Of a stretch of 64,000 bases of DNA, positions 53,903-64,000 are shown piece after piece; positions within the stretch are counted from its first letter, which is position 1, and every line of letters starts with the position of its first letter. The stretch is from an uncultured Desulfocapsaceae bacterium (lineage in GTDB: Bacteria > Desulfobacterota > Desulfobulbia > Desulfobulbales > Desulfocapsaceae): the NCBI GenBank assembly GCA_964565605.1, contig CAZMFP010000014.1, positions 9,700 through 73,699 on the forward strand, read 5' to 3'. The notes under the pieces were generated by a model. That model saw only the letters and a program-made list of their open reading frames with translations. It did not search any database and was not told where the DNA came from. Position numbers and translations under genes: made by a program.

Positions 53903-56572
53903 ATGCAGATCATTACCTCTCACCTGAATACCGACTTCGACGGTCTCGCCTCAATGATAGCCGCCCACAAACTGTACCCTGATGGTTTGCTCGTTTTCCC
54001 CGGCTCTCAGGAGAAGATCGTAAGAGATTTTATTTCTCAAGTCCTGCTCTATCGATATGAGTTTCATAAGCTGAAAAATATTGATCTTGAACAGGTCAAC
54101 AGCATGGTTGTTGTCGATACCCGCGACGCTAAAAGGCTTGGGCCTCTGTCCGACTGCTTGAACAACCCCGGGCTTTCACTTCATCTGTACGACCACCATC
54201 CATCGACAGAAGGGGCCATGCAAGGTTCATACGAAGTGCTCAAGGATGTTGGCTCCACCATGACCATCTTTGCTCAGATTTTCCAGGAAAAACAGATCCC
54301 GGTCAGTGGTGAGGAAGCAACTGTTTTCGCCCTGGGAATATACCAGGACACAGGTTCTCTGACCCACTCGACCACAACTGCTGAAGATCTTAAAGCCGCT
54401 GCCTGGCTCCTGGAGCAGGGAGCAAATCTGGAAATCATCTCCCAATTCATCAGCCACGACCTCACCAGCCGACAGGTTGAACTGCTTCATGATCTGATGA
54501 TGTCGGCTACACGATACACCATTGCTGATATCCCCATAGCTGTGGCCACACTTATATTGCCACGATATGTTGATGATTTTGCGGTCATTGTTCAGCGCTT
54601 TATGAATATGGAAAACCTCGATACCATTTTTGTGCTGGTTTCAATGGCCGGACGAATCTACCTGATTGGCCGCAGCCGCATCCCTGAAGTCAACGCTGGC
54701 CATATCGCTCGAGATCTTGGAGGCGGTGGCCATGCCACAGCTGCTTCTGCAACAATCAGAGACACAACGATAACTGAAGCGGAAGAAAAACTGGTATTTA
54801 CTCTGCACAAACATGTTCGGCCACAGGCTATTGCAAAAGAGATGATGTCCAGCCCGGCACTCTCCATATCTGCCGACACCCCCATCTGGCAAGCCCATGA
54901 AATTCTGACTCGCTATAATGTTACAGCAATCCCCATACTTCAATCAAAAAACAAGAACAGCGCCTCCAAACTGGATCCGTTAATCGTCGGTACCATATCG
55001 CGACGCGTGGTTGAAAAAGCCATCCATCATAATCTTGGCCATCTTCCTGTAAGTGATTACATGACAACCGACTTTGAGGTACTCTCCCTCAATGCCACTT
55101 TGGCTGACATCCAGGAGCTGATCATTGAACACCGACAACGGCTGGTCCCCATTATCCATGACCGCAAATTGCGGGGTATCATTACTCGAACAGATCTGCT
55201 CAACAGACTGGTAAATGACCCTGCCCACTTCCCTAAAAATCTGCTGCATGAATCGGAACATCCCTCTTTGACGAGAACCAGAAATCTCAGCACACTGCTT
55301 GTCGATATGCTGGATGGCAAAATCATCCGTATGCTGAAACAGGTCGGCGAAGTTGCCGACAGTCTGGGGTATAATGCCTTTGTTGTCGGTGGTTTTGTCC
55401 GAGACCTTCTACTCAAACAGGCTAACCTTGACATTGACATTGTCATTGAAGGAAACGGTATCACCTTCGCCAGAAAATTTGCCGAAGCAGTTGGTGGCAG
55501 AGTTACCACCCATGAACGGTTCATCACAGCCAAAGTCCTTCTCCCTGACAATTTTCATATCGATATTGCCACAGCCCGTTTGGAATATTACGATTATCCG
55601 GCTGCCCTTCCCACCGTCGAGCTATCATCCATCAAACTCGATCTGTACAGACGCGATTTCACCATCAATGCCATGGCAATCCAGCTGAATCCGGCCCATT
55701 TTGGCAATCTGCTGGATTTCTTTAACTGTCAGAATGACTTAAAGCATCGGGCAATCAGGGTATTACATAACCTCAGCTTTGTTGAAGACCCTACCCGGAT
55801 ATTCAGGGCCATCCGCTTTGAAAAACGAATGGATTTTATAATCGTCGCTCATACTAAACGGCTTATCCGTAATGCCGTTAAAATGAAGCTTTTTAATAAA
55901 GGTGACGACCATCGTTTTTTTACCGAACTCAAACTTATTTTCTCCGAAGAGAACCCCATTCCCGCCATCTATCGCCTGGAAGAATACGGTCTTTTCCCAT
56001 TTCTATGGCCTGATCTTAAGCCGCACCTGAAAATCGACCGACGCTTAGCCCTTACGATCAACCAGGCACAGAGCGCGCTGGCCTGGTGGAAAATGCTCTA
56101 TCTTGACGAGGAATGTCGCAGCTGGCAAGTGTATCTGTTGACAATTATGGGCCGCTCCACAACCAGGGAACTGAGTGCATTCTGCAGCCGTTTTTCTTTG
56201 TCACCAAAGACGACTGACCACCTGATTCGCCAGAAAGAGTTAGGCGACAAGGCAGCACGAAGAATGTATCATCGGAAAAAACTGAAAAACAGTGAAATTT
56301 TTGAGCTTCTTCACCATATGTCCAACGAAGGTTTGCTGTATCTTTCAGCTATTGCAAGAAAGAATGATATCCGAAAAGGTGTCTCCCATTTTGTGACCAA
56401 TATGAAAAAGGTTAAAACTGAATTAAACGGCAACGACCTTAAGACAATGGGATACCGAGAAGGGTACCAGTTTAAAAAAATACTGACTCGCTTAAGAACA
56501 GCACGGTTGGACGAGGAGGTTTCAAATAGAGAGGAAGAAAAAGCATTCATCCTCAAACATTTTGAGCGCTAA
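53903..56572 (+). CDS. Multidomain DHH/DHHA1 phosphoesterase - CBS pair - poly(A) polymerase/CCA-adding nucleotidyltransferase fusion
   Basis: The N-terminus HLNTDFDGLASM plus DHH (LYDHHPS) plus GGGHATAAS forms a DHH/DHHA1 module. CBS-like repeats lie around residues 310-440. VVGGFVRDLLL...DIDIV...RRDFTINAMA are the head-domain motifs of the CCA/polyA polymerase family. Confidence 0.75.
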   Translation: MQIITSHLNTDFDGLASMIAAHKLYPDGLLVFPGSQEKIVRDFISQVLLYRYEFHKLKNIDLEQVNSMVVVDTRDAKRLGPLSDCLNNPGLSLHLYDHHPSTEGAMQGSYEVLKDVGSTMTIFAQIFQEKQIPVSGEEATVFALGIYQDTGSLTHSTTTAEDLKAAAWLLEQGANLEIISQFISHDLTSRQVELLHDLMMSATRYTIADIPIAVATLILPRYVDDFAVIVQRFMNMENLDTIFVLVSMAGRIYLIGRSRIPEVNAGHIARDLGGGGHATAASATIRDTTITEAEEKLVFTLHKHVRPQAIAKEMMSSPALSISADTPIWQAHEILTRYNVTAIPILQSKNKNSASKLDPLIVGTISRRVVEKAIHHNLGHLPVSDYMTTDFEVLSLNATLADIQELIIEHRQRLVPIIHDRKLRGIITRTDLLNRLVNDPAHFPKNLLHESEHPSLTRTRNLSTLLVDMLDGKIIRMLKQVGEVADSLGYNAFVVGGFVRDLLLKQANLDIDIVIEGNGITFARKFAEAVGGRVTTHERFITAKVLLPDNFHIDIATARLEYYDYPAALPTVELSSIKLDLYRRDFTINAMAIQLNPAHFGNLLDFFNCQNDLKHRAIRVLHNLSFVEDPTRIFRAIRFEKRMDFIIVAHTKRLIRNAVKMKLFNKGDDHRFFTELKLIFSEENPIPAIYRLEEYGLFPFLWPDLKPHLKIDRRLALTINQAQSALAWWKMLYLDEECRSWQVYLLTIMGRSTTRELSAFCSRFSLSPKTTDHLIRQKELGDKAARRMYHRKKLKNSEIFELLHHMSNEGLLYLSAIARKNDIRKGVSHFVTNMKKVKTELNGNDLKTMGYREGYQFKKILTRLRTARLDEEVSNREEEKAFILKHFER

Positions 56573-56854
56573 GCCTTGCCCGTGAGCATACCAGTGCTTA
56601 TCAATGCTAAGAGAAACGATGTTATCCAGTTCTCTTTGTTCTATCTTTCAGGTTTAAATGAGTACTCTTGTACTCTGCAAAGATAGTATCGATTTCTGTC
56701 AATGAACAAAACTGTTTACTACTGTACTCAGACAATATCAAGGAAGAGGAATGCTTAACAGGCCTGCCAAGCTGCTTACCCCTCTTCTTTGGCTGAGCTT
56801 CAGAAGTAATTTAATTAATTAACAAAAACCGCCTGAAAATATTTACTTTCTCAG

Positions 56855-57502
56855 GTGAACAAACAGAATATGGACCAATTCATTATAGAAATTATCATTT
56901 TGGCACCGCCGCTCCTGCTGGCCTTGACCTTTCATGAATTTTCCCACGGCTTTGTCGCCTATAGCCTGGGTGATCCTACCGCTAAAATGATGGGCAGATT
57001 ATCGATGAACCCTATACGTCATCTCGATCCCATCGGTACCATTGCCTTTTTCTTTATTAAATTCGGTTGGGCTAAACCGGTTCCGGTCAACCCGGTTCAT
57101 TTTAAAAATCCACGAAAAGATATGTTGTGGGTTGCGCTTGCCGGACCAGCCTCCAATCTTTTTCTGGCGATTGTCAGCGCAATTCTGACAAAAGCTGTCT
57201 GGCTGCTGGCATCGATTGTTCCCTATTCAAAGCTGATGGAGGCCGTTTTAGTGCCATTTCACCAGATGCTGATCGCATCGGTTTGGATCAATCTTGTACT
57301 GGCAATCTTCAATTTCCTGCCGATCCCACCGTTGGATGGCAGCAGAATATTAAGCGGCCTTCTACCCGAAGAAATGGCCAGATCCTACGCTTCCATCGAG
57401 CGCTATGGCTTTATCATCATCCTTCTGCTCGCTTTTTCAGGCATACTCGGCAAACTGATCCTTCCTATCATCAGCTTTGCCAACAGTCTTCTTCTGGCCT
57501 GA
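56855..57502 (+). CDS. Site-2 protease family (M50) membrane metalloprotease
   Basis: The HExxH motif is in a TM helix (FHEFSHGFVA). The NxxPxxxLDG motif appears as NFLPIPPLDGSRIL. The start is GTG 56855 or ATG 56870. Confidence 0.75.
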   Translation: MNKQNMDQFIIEIIILAPPLLLALTFHEFSHGFVAYSLGDPTAKMMGRLSMNPIRHLDPIGTIAFFFIKFGWAKPVPVNPVHFKNPRKDMLWVALAGPASNLFLAIVSAILTKAVWLLASIVPYSKLMEAVLVPFHQMLIASVWINLVLAIFNFLPIPPLDGSRILSGLLPEEMARSYASIERYGFIIILLLAFSGILGKLILPIISFANSLLLA

Positions 57503-57614
57503 TATTGTGTTTCATATCAGAACAGAGACTCCGGGAGCATGGTCTGGCGACAATTGATATTCCTCAAAAGTGCCACGATAAGGTAATAAAGGCAGAAAGC
57601 TACTACCGCTGTTG

Positions 57615-59324
57615 TCAGCTGATCATTTTGTGAGCGTCATAGAGATATCGTTTGATCTTATGGGTAACTGTTTTCATAAAGGGTTCCCGTCGTTCAAAGA
57701 TATCCTTGATATGCTGGCTTGCCGGGAGCTGGCTGTTGATCTCCTGATGTAGTTTTTCGATAAGTGTTTCGATATACTTGTGGCGATCCGACTGGGTCTG
57801 ACCGGCGGTTTTTTCATCAATCAATTCATAATCCGGATAGACCCATCCTTCCAGTTGGCCATTGTTTTCCACAATGAGCGTTTCTATGACCCAGTGGCAG
57901 TTATTCATCATCTGCTCTATCATTTCTGGAGACACTGTCGTGCCATCCTGCAAACTGATTACATTTTTTTTGCGGCCATAAACATGAAGGTTTCCATTTT
58001 CATCAACTAAACCGAGATCCCCTGTTGAGAGCCAGCCGTCTTCCGAAACCACCAAATCCGTTGCCTGCTCATCATTGTAATATCCCTTCATGATATTGGG
58101 TCCGCTGACATGAATCTCTCCAATCCCCGTTTGCGGATCCGGATCATCAATTTTCACACTTACATTTGGAATGGGCTTGCCGCATGACCCGATCGTAATG
58201 GTTTTATCACCAACCGGTCCACCTGAGATAAGCGGTGACGTTTCAGTGAGACCATAGCCCACAATGTATGGAAACTCCGCCTCCACCAGAAACTGTTCTA
58301 CCTCTCTATTCAAGCTTGCTCCACCTATCCCCATCATTTGTAACTTACCGCCGAAGAAGTCCAGCAGCTCATTGCCGAGTTTCTTGTAAATCAGTTTACG
58401 GCCAAAGGTTGTCCTGCAGGCAAAAGATAACGATTTACTCTTGTTGATCCTTGGCAGAATCCGTTTTTTGTATATTTTCTCTAAAATAAGGGGGACAACG
58501 AAGATAGCAAAAGGCTTTTCCTTCTTGCAGAGTTTCTGCAGGATAACTGGCGTTGGTGTTTTGCCGGCATAAACAATCCGCCCTCCTTTAATCAATGGAA
58601 GAAGAAAACCGCAGGTAAATTCATAAATATGAGAAATGGGAAGGATGGATAGAAAAACCGCCCCTGGTTGCATATCTGCAAGTCCTGTTGATGAAAACAC
58701 ATTCGCTGTCAGGTTCTTATGGGATAACATAACCGCTTTCGGGTAACCGGCAGTACCTGAGGTGTAGATAATGGATGCCAGATCATCTTCATCAATCTCG
58801 TCAAAAGGTTGACCTCCCTTTTGCCGATCGTGGCCCATTTTATCCATGGCTTTTGTCAGATACTCTGAAAAGGTATTGGTGTTAATTACTCCGAGGATAC
58901 AGTTGTAATCATCTAAGGTAATAACTTTATTCAGATAGCTTTTACGAAGTTCGTATACTTTTTCAATCTGACGCTGGGTCGTAAAAAGGATCGCCACCTG
59001 CATTTCGAGCAGGATATGGTGCACATCGACTTCTGAGAGATCAGGCAATATGGGAACCACAACGGCACCAAGCCGTACAGCCGCAAAATATACCGTTCCC
59101 CAATTGTGGGAGTTTTCGGCTAAAATTGCAATGCGGTCGCCTTTCTTCACACCGTCCCGTTGCAGCATCCCGGCAAGTGCGATGATCCGATCATGCAGCG
59201 CTTCATAGGTCAGTGGTTTCGTAAGAGCCATGCCCATGGCCGGAAGATCTCCATACTGGGCTCGGCTGGAATCGATAACATAATTCAGCGTCATTCCCAC
59301 TTTGGTCATTTCTGACATGTACAC
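57615..59324 (-). CDS. Long-chain-fatty-acid--CoA ligase (AMP-binding superfamily)
   Basis: The AMP-binding motif is IIYTSGTAGYPKAVMLSH. GYGLTETS and a later GDLG...DENG..HVYGRKK are also present. Confidence 0.8.
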   Translation of the reverse strand: MYMSEMTKVGMTLNYVIDSSRAQYGDLPAMGMALTKPLTYEALHDRIIALAGMLQRDGVKKGDRIAILAENSHNWGTVYFAAVRLGAVVVPILPDLSEVDVHHILLEMQVAILFTTQRQIEKVYELRKSYLNKVITLDDYNCILGVINTNTFSEYLTKAMDKMGHDRQKGGQPFDEIDEDDLASIIYTSGTAGYPKAVMLSHKNLTANVFSSTGLADMQPGAVFLSILPISHIYEFTCGFLLPLIKGGRIVYAGKTPTPVILQKLCKKEKPFAIFVVPLILEKIYKKRILPRINKSKSLSFACRTTFGRKLIYKKLGNELLDFFGGKLQMMGIGGASLNREVEQFLVEAEFPYIVGYGLTETSPLISGGPVGDKTITIGSCGKPIPNVSVKIDDPDPQTGIGEIHVSGPNIMKGYYNDEQATDLVVSEDGWLSTGDLGLVDENGNLHVYGRKKNVISLQDGTTVSPEMIEQMMNNCHWVIETLIVENNGQLEGWVYPDYELIDEKTAGQTQSDRHKYIETLIEKLHQEINSQLPASQHIKDIFERREPFMKTVTHKIKRYLYDAHKMIS

Positions 59325-59727
59325 ACTCCTTATTTATCGCCGTTTGTTTTCATCAATTCGGATGATAGTGACTTGTGTCTACTTCCCTACCCACAGAGCG
59401 AGAACAGAGTAAACACCCTTTCTTTTTATCTGTTAATGTATGAATATTTTTCTTCAAGATCAAGGGATGAGAATAACCCAATATATATTTTCTTGAAACT
59501 TAAACAGATTTTTTTTAGTTTAGTTGATCAATACATCGTTAACTTTATGTTACAGTGAAAAAGTAACGGTCTCTTTTTAATCGATGCCCTTTATCTACCG
59601 ATTTTGCTCGTGATATCCTTCTGTTTTCCGATGGAAATTGGCTTGACACGGAAGGCAATATAATGTAAGGATATCAAGGAGTAAAGAGGCAAACGATCAC
59701 CCTGAACTCATTGAATGCCTGATACAA

Positions 59728-60756
59728 ATGAAATGGTTTCCATCCATCATTATTGTTGTTTTCGTAACCGTTCTTGCTGTATTCTCGTCCCCTTCTCGCT
59801 CTTTAGCCGTCCCCGTACTAAAAGAGCAAGGGAAAACAGCCCTGTCCGCCAAAAAACGCCATTACTCCTCTAAACCGGTAATTCTCGGAAAATATAGAGA
59901 TATTTCAAAATACAAATACCGCTCCTCGAAAACTGCGCTCCTGCTGAAAAACAAAAAAATTAAGAAGCAGCTATCTGCAAAAAGCGCAATAATCATTGAT
60001 GCAAGAAGTGGAAAGACAATTTTTTCGCTTTCTCCAGATATACCCCGCCAACCTGCCTCAACAATCAAAGTGATTACAGGGATGATTGCACTCAAATCCT
60101 TGTCGGTCAATACCAAAATCCCGGTCAGCAAAAAGGCGGCCAGACAACCCCGGTCCAAGATATATCTTAACCGGCAAAAAACGTACCGGGCAAATGATCT
60201 TATCAATGCGGTTCTGTTGGCCTCAGCCAATGATGCAAGTGTTGCCCTTGCTGAAAAGATTGCCGGCTCCGAACAATCATTTGCCCAGATGATGACGGTC
60301 AGAGCAAAAATCTGGGGTGCCAGAAAAACTGTCTGTAAAACCGCAACCGGCCTCACGGCACGAGGCCAGAGAAGTACAGCAAGGGATCTTGCAACAATAT
60401 TCAGGCATATTATGCAGGATGATGATTTCGTTAAACGGATAGGACGAACAAAAGTCCGGACCTCTTACGGTTCAACCTTACGCAACCACAACAAGGCGTT
60501 ATGGCAGGTCAAAGGCACTGTTGGCGGAAAAACCGGGTATACGCGGGCCGCAAAGCAGACCTATGTGGGTAAATTCAAGCGAGGTAAACAAGAAATTATT
60601 ATTGCCTTAATGGCAAGTAATAAAATGTGGAATGATGTGAAGAAACTGGTCAATCACGGTTTTTTTGCTATGAAACACACACGTGCTGCCTCAACAAATA
60701 CAACTCCAAAAGCGATAGCAGCCGCAAAGCAGCCTTCTCTGGGCAATCGGCTCTAA
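59728..60756 (+). CDS. D-alanyl-D-alanine carboxypeptidase (S11, PBP5/6-like)
   Basis: A signal peptide is present. The motifs are SxxK as ASTIKV, SxN as SAND and KTG as KTGYT. Confidence 0.8.
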   Translation: MKWFPSIIIVVFVTVLAVFSSPSRSLAVPVLKEQGKTALSAKKRHYSSKPVILGKYRDISKYKYRSSKTALLLKNKKIKKQLSAKSAIIIDARSGKTIFSLSPDIPRQPASTIKVITGMIALKSLSVNTKIPVSKKAARQPRSKIYLNRQKTYRANDLINAVLLASANDASVALAEKIAGSEQSFAQMMTVRAKIWGARKTVCKTATGLTARGQRSTARDLATIFRHIMQDDDFVKRIGRTKVRTSYGSTLRNHNKALWQVKGTVGGKTGYTRAAKQTYVGKFKRGKQEIIIALMASNKMWNDVKKLVNHGFFAMKHTRAASTNTTPKAIAAAKQPSLGNRL

Positions 60757-60811
60757 GAAGAATGCATCGCCTCAAACTGCATGGGTAAAAGGTGAACACT
60801 TTTTCCCTTCG

Positions 60812-61180
60812 CTAACCAATAAGCCTGCCGACCGTTGAAGTTATTTCTTCCCGACTGAACGGTTTTGAAATGGTTTGTACGTTCCCTAAAAGTGATGCCA
60901 CGGTCAAATATCGTTCTTTCGGAATAATCCTTCCACCACCTGAAATAGCTATAACGGGCTGATCGGGTGCTTCCTCCATCACTTCTGAAATCATTTTCAG
61001 ACCATCTTTTTCCGGCATAACCATATCTACAATCAGAAGATCAAAACGACCCTCATTAAAGAGCTGCATTCCTTCTTCACCGTTTGTAGCCTCAACAACT
61101 TCATACCCTTCATTCTCAAGAATAGTCCTGAGAAAAAGCAAGATTGGCTGCTCATCATCTATGATCAGAATTCGTTTCAC
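60812..61180 (-). CDS. Single-domain response regulator (CheY-like receiver)
   Basis: MKRILIIDDE...DLLIVDMVMPEKDG...AISG matches the receiver-domain Asp pocket. The protein is 122 aa. Confidence 0.8.
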   Translation of the reverse strand: MKRILIIDDEQPILLFLRTILENEGYEVVEATNGEEGMQLFNEGRFDLLIVDMVMPEKDGLKMISEVMEEAPDQPVIAISGGGRIIPKERYLTVASLLGNVQTISKPFSREEITSTVGRLIG

Positions 61181-61336
61181 GTCTACTCTTTTGGTTGAAT
61201 TGTCTCCATTCTCGAACCAGAAAAAAACACCCCTAGTTGATTAGGAAATGCTACCACTTATCCATTCATTTGAAAATGTTTTTTATAAAAACCCTATTCT
61301 TGCTCAAGATGAATAGTTCGCACAACCCCTCCATGC

Positions 61337-61552
61337 CTGATTACTGCCGGCCCCCACCCTGCACGACAAAAGAGGTGCCGTCAGTTTAGCTTCAGTATTT
61401 CAGGAATCATCTATTGTGGTTTAAATGCTCTCAAGGTGAGGAAGATATTAAAAAAGATTAGGAGTGTCACCCATGAAGCAATGGTTCTTACTTGCAGGCC
61501 AGATGGAAAAATTGCAGTACCTCATGTGTGGCAGAGCTTTCAGGGTCATCAG
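61337..61552. repeat. Full-length but strongly diverged copy of the intergenic palindromic element
   Basis: ctgattactgcc...cacgacaaaagaggtgccgtcagtttagcttcagtatttcaggaatca ... cagtacctcatgtgtggcagagctttcagggtcatcag. The architecture and key blocks are the same as in the 53560 copy. Confidence 0.4.
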
Positions 61553-61666
61553 AATCCTATATCATAAAATGGTGATATTTTGCAAAATGGTTTTATTCCT
61601 TTCTTCACCCAAATGACAGAAATCGATACCGGTTGAAAATAGCTGTCACATCAAAAACTCAATTTC

Positions 61667-64000
61667 TCATTTTAATAATTGCACAGACGCAACCGTCAAG
61701 GTCAATGCACCATAGTCCTCGTCCACTTTTCCCGACAGCAGATACGGCCTTCCTGAGGAAAGCTGATAGGCATAGCGTTTATATATCTTGGGAAAAAATG
61801 TTGTTTCCACGACTCCTGTCTCATCTTCAAAGGTCAAAAACTCCATAACCTCTCCCGTTCGGGTCGACACCAGCTTTCCTGTAACCAACCATCCGGCAAA
61901 CCGGACAGTTTTTCCAATAAAACGATGCAACTCAACACCTTTTACCCATCCGACCCCAGCACCATTCTTTGTGAAAAATCGGATGGGGTGTTCATCACAC
62001 AAAAAACCCAACACCCGGTACTGATTCCTCATGTTCTCCCGGCTGCTCTGCTGCGGTAGATCAGGTGGTGGCGGCAGCCTGACAGGAAAGAGCGGCAGAC
62101 TGCCCCGTCCCTCTGCAATCCGCTGAAAACAGGAAAATTGATACAACAAAGCAGGACGGCTTGGCGGTTGGATCAGTGTATCGAGCGCGCCCGCATGAAT
62201 AAGAGCAACCGCCTCGTCCTCATCCGGTCTTGTTTGCCGAAAAAAATCCTCACAGTTTAGATAGTGTCGTTTCCGTCGGCAGTGGATAATCCTCTCCATG
62301 AGCCTATTGCTCAGCCCTTTGACTGACTGCAACCCTACCCGTATCATCCCATTTCCACCTTTCCACCGAACAGACGAACGATTGACATCCGGAGGTTGTA
62401 CTTTCAACCCCATCCTCTTCGCCTCAGACACATAGGCAAAGGTCGAATAATATCCACCCTGGTTTGAAATAACCGCCGCCATAAATTCCGCAGGAAAATG
62501 TGTTTTGAGGTAGGCTGCCTGGTACGACACCATGGCATAGGACGCGGAATGCGGTTTGCAAAACGAATAACCGTCGAAACTCATCATCATCTGCCAGAGA
62601 GCCTCGATCTGTTCCATAGAAAGGTTGTTTTTTTTACACCCTTGATAAAATTCCTCCTTGTAGTCCGGCAGCCTCAAGTTTCTGTCTTTCTTTGACAGCA
62701 CTTTCCGCAAGCCATCGGCCCGACCATGAGAAAATCCAGCGAGAGCGACCGCCACTTTGGAGACGTCTTCCTGATAAACCATCAGGCCAAAAGTCTCAAC
62801 AAGAACGTCCTCTACCTTTTCGTGCAGCGGTTGATAGTCACCTCCGTGAAGGCGCCGCACATATTCTCTTACAAATTCATTGGCCGCTGGACGAATGATT
62901 GACGATTGCAGCACCAGCTGTTCAAACTCACCGCTGGCAGCCTTTTTCTGCAGGAGCCGCATGGCTGGACTCTCGATGTAAAAACAGCCCATGGTCCTCC
63001 CACCAGCTACATTGGCCTTCGTCAAGCCATCTTCCTCCGGCTGCCATCCGATTTCGTCCAGACCTGTTCCTTTTTCCTGTATCGCCTGCAGACAATCCCG
63101 GATCACTCCAAGGCTCCTGTTACCGAGCAGATCAATCTTGACAAGGCCGGCCTCCTCAGTAGAATCTTTTTCCCACTGAATAATTCTCACCCCTTTACTT
63201 GCCCTCTCCACCGGAACATAGTTGCAAATCGGCTCCGGTGTAATGACAACACCTCCCGGATGGACTGAGAGATATCGCGGCAGACCGATTAATCTTGCGC
63301 TCAAACGCAGCACTTCCGGCCAGGGCTCTGTAAAATCCTGGTCTTTTAACACCGGAAGCCGCCTGAGTTGATCTGCCAGATCCTCCCCCTTGGTTCTGTA
63401 CAACCAGGGAATTCTCTTGGTCATTGTTCGAATCTCACTATCGGGCAAGCCGAACACCTTTGCCGTCTCCCGAATAGCCATCCGCGGTTTAAAACAGACA
63501 TGATTACTCACCATGGCTACATGGTCACCATACTTTTCAAAAACATCTGCCAATACGTTATCCCGTTCATCCCAGGCAAAATCTATATCGATATCCGGAG
63601 GATCCGATCGCTCCGGATTCAAGAATCGCTCAAAGTAGAGGTTATGCTTCACCGGACAGACATTGGTTATCTCAAGGCAATAAGCTACAAGGGAGGCTGC
63701 CCCTGAACCACGTCCGCAGATCCTTCGCTTTCTGCAACCACCCCGACCACGATGGACAATATCTCGGACGACCAGAAAATAGGAAGAGAAGTTCATCATA
63801 CCGATGATTTGCAACTCATGCTCCAGGCGCTCGACAACCGACTCTGGCAAATCCTCCCCATATCTCAGTTGCGCCCCTCTATAAGCATCATCATGCAGAA
63901 CGTCCTCAGCGCGCTTCCCATCACTCTGCCATGGCGGCATAATAATTTTGTGCTCGGGTCCGCTGTATAGACACTTGGCATGAATCTCTTCGGTGGCATC
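61667..64000 (-). CDS. dnaE2: DNA polymerase III alpha-subunit family, probably the error-prone DnaE2 (ImuC) type; N-terminus lies outside the window
   Basis: The frame stays open to the window edge (…DATEEIHAKCLYSGPEHKIIMPPWQ…). The catalytic PPDIDIDF motif, finger/thumb motifs and the OB-fold end VRFAGWLVTGKLVSTRTGEVMEFLTFEDETG are present. The protein stops about 50 aa after the OB fold with no tau-binding tail, which favours DnaE2 over replicative DnaE. Confidence 0.7.
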   Translation of the reverse strand, partial: DATEEIHAKCLYSGPEHKIIMPPWQSDGKRAEDVLHDDAYRGAQLRYGEDLPESVVERLEHELQIIGMMNFSSYFLVVRDIVHRGRGGCRKRRICGRGSGAASLVAYCLEITNVCPVKHNLYFERFLNPERSDPPDIDIDFAWDERDNVLADVFEKYGDHVAMVSNHVCFKPRMAIRETAKVFGLPDSEIRTMTKRIPWLYRTKGEDLADQLRRLPVLKDQDFTEPWPEVLRLSARLIGLPRYLSVHPGGVVITPEPICNYVPVERASKGVRIIQWEKDSTEEAGLVKIDLLGNRSLGVIRDCLQAIQEKGTGLDEIGWQPEEDGLTKANVAGGRTMGCFYIESPAMRLLQKKAASGEFEQLVLQSSIIRPAANEFVREYVRRLHGGDYQPLHEKVEDVLVETFGLMVYQEDVSKVAVALAGFSHGRADGLRKVLSKKDRNLRLPDYKEEFYQGCKKNNLSMEQIEALWQMMMSFDGYSFCKPHSASYAMVSYQAAYLKTHFPAEFMAAVISNQGGYYSTFAYVSEAKRMGLKVQPPDVNRSSVRWKGGNGMIRVGLQSVKGLSNRLMERIIHCRRKRHYLNCEDFFRQTRPDEDEAVALIHAGALDTLIQPPSRPALLYQFSCFQRIAEGRGSLPLFPVRLPPPPDLPQQSSRENMRNQYRVLGFLCDEHPIRFFTKNGAGVGWVKGVELHRFIGKTVRFAGWLVTGKLVSTRTGEVMEFLTFEDETGVVETTFFPKIYKRYAYQLSSGRPYLLSGKVDEDYGALTLTVASVQLLK

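Noticed and set aside
57127-57633. A 168-aa plus-strand ORF overlapping the M50 protease gene and the end of the acyl-CoA ligase gene
   Set aside because: It is an alternative frame of genes that carry diagnostic motifs (HExxH; the AMP-binding signature). It has no motifs of its own.

Overview
This 64-kb window is chromosomal DNA whose gene content looks like an anaerobic Desulfobacterota (Desulfobulbales-like) genome; that assignment is inferred, not verified. I support about 55 CDS and found no rRNA, tRNA or CRISPR array. Ordinary content includes thiSGH, a purH-like gene, avtA, serS, ddl, rpsU, xerD, tatC, ispB, dinG, a dacA-like gene, a fadD-like gene and a partial dnaE2-like polymerase. 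Four things are unusual. (1) At 306-6232, an HdrA-MvhD-MvhG-MvhA operon has three genes that the ORF track splits or truncates at in-frame TGA codons. Each TGA replaces a conserved Cys, so these read as selenocysteine: DCSM-U-I in HdrA, G-U-H in MvhD and DP-U-xxCxxH in the [NiFeSe] large subunit. (2) At 18119-20213, a small signal-peptide ORF contains FIVE in-frame TGA codons in a repeated S-G-U-G context. Each TGA is followed after exactly 11 nt by a 17-nt hairpin of the fdhF-SECIS type. The ORF sits next to a radical SAM/SPASM enzyme, which makes it a multi-core, poly-selenocysteine version of an SbtA/SbtM-type thio(seleno)oxazole RiPP locus. (3) At 27659-32677, in the centre of the window, lies a tightly coupled SynChlorMet-like RiPP cassette. 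It has two PqqD-like proteins, two radical SAM/SPASM proteins, a 67-aa Gly/Ser/Asn/Cys-rich candidate precursor, and an HPr-kinase-like protein fused to an S26B-type signal peptidase. A PEP-CTERM protein follows. (4) A family of about 215-bp imperfect-palindrome, MITE-like intergenic elements has at least 9 full, half or short copies. Two well-conserved inverted copies bracket ddl-rpsU-xerD. All calls come from reading the sequence and from remembered family signatures; no searches were run.
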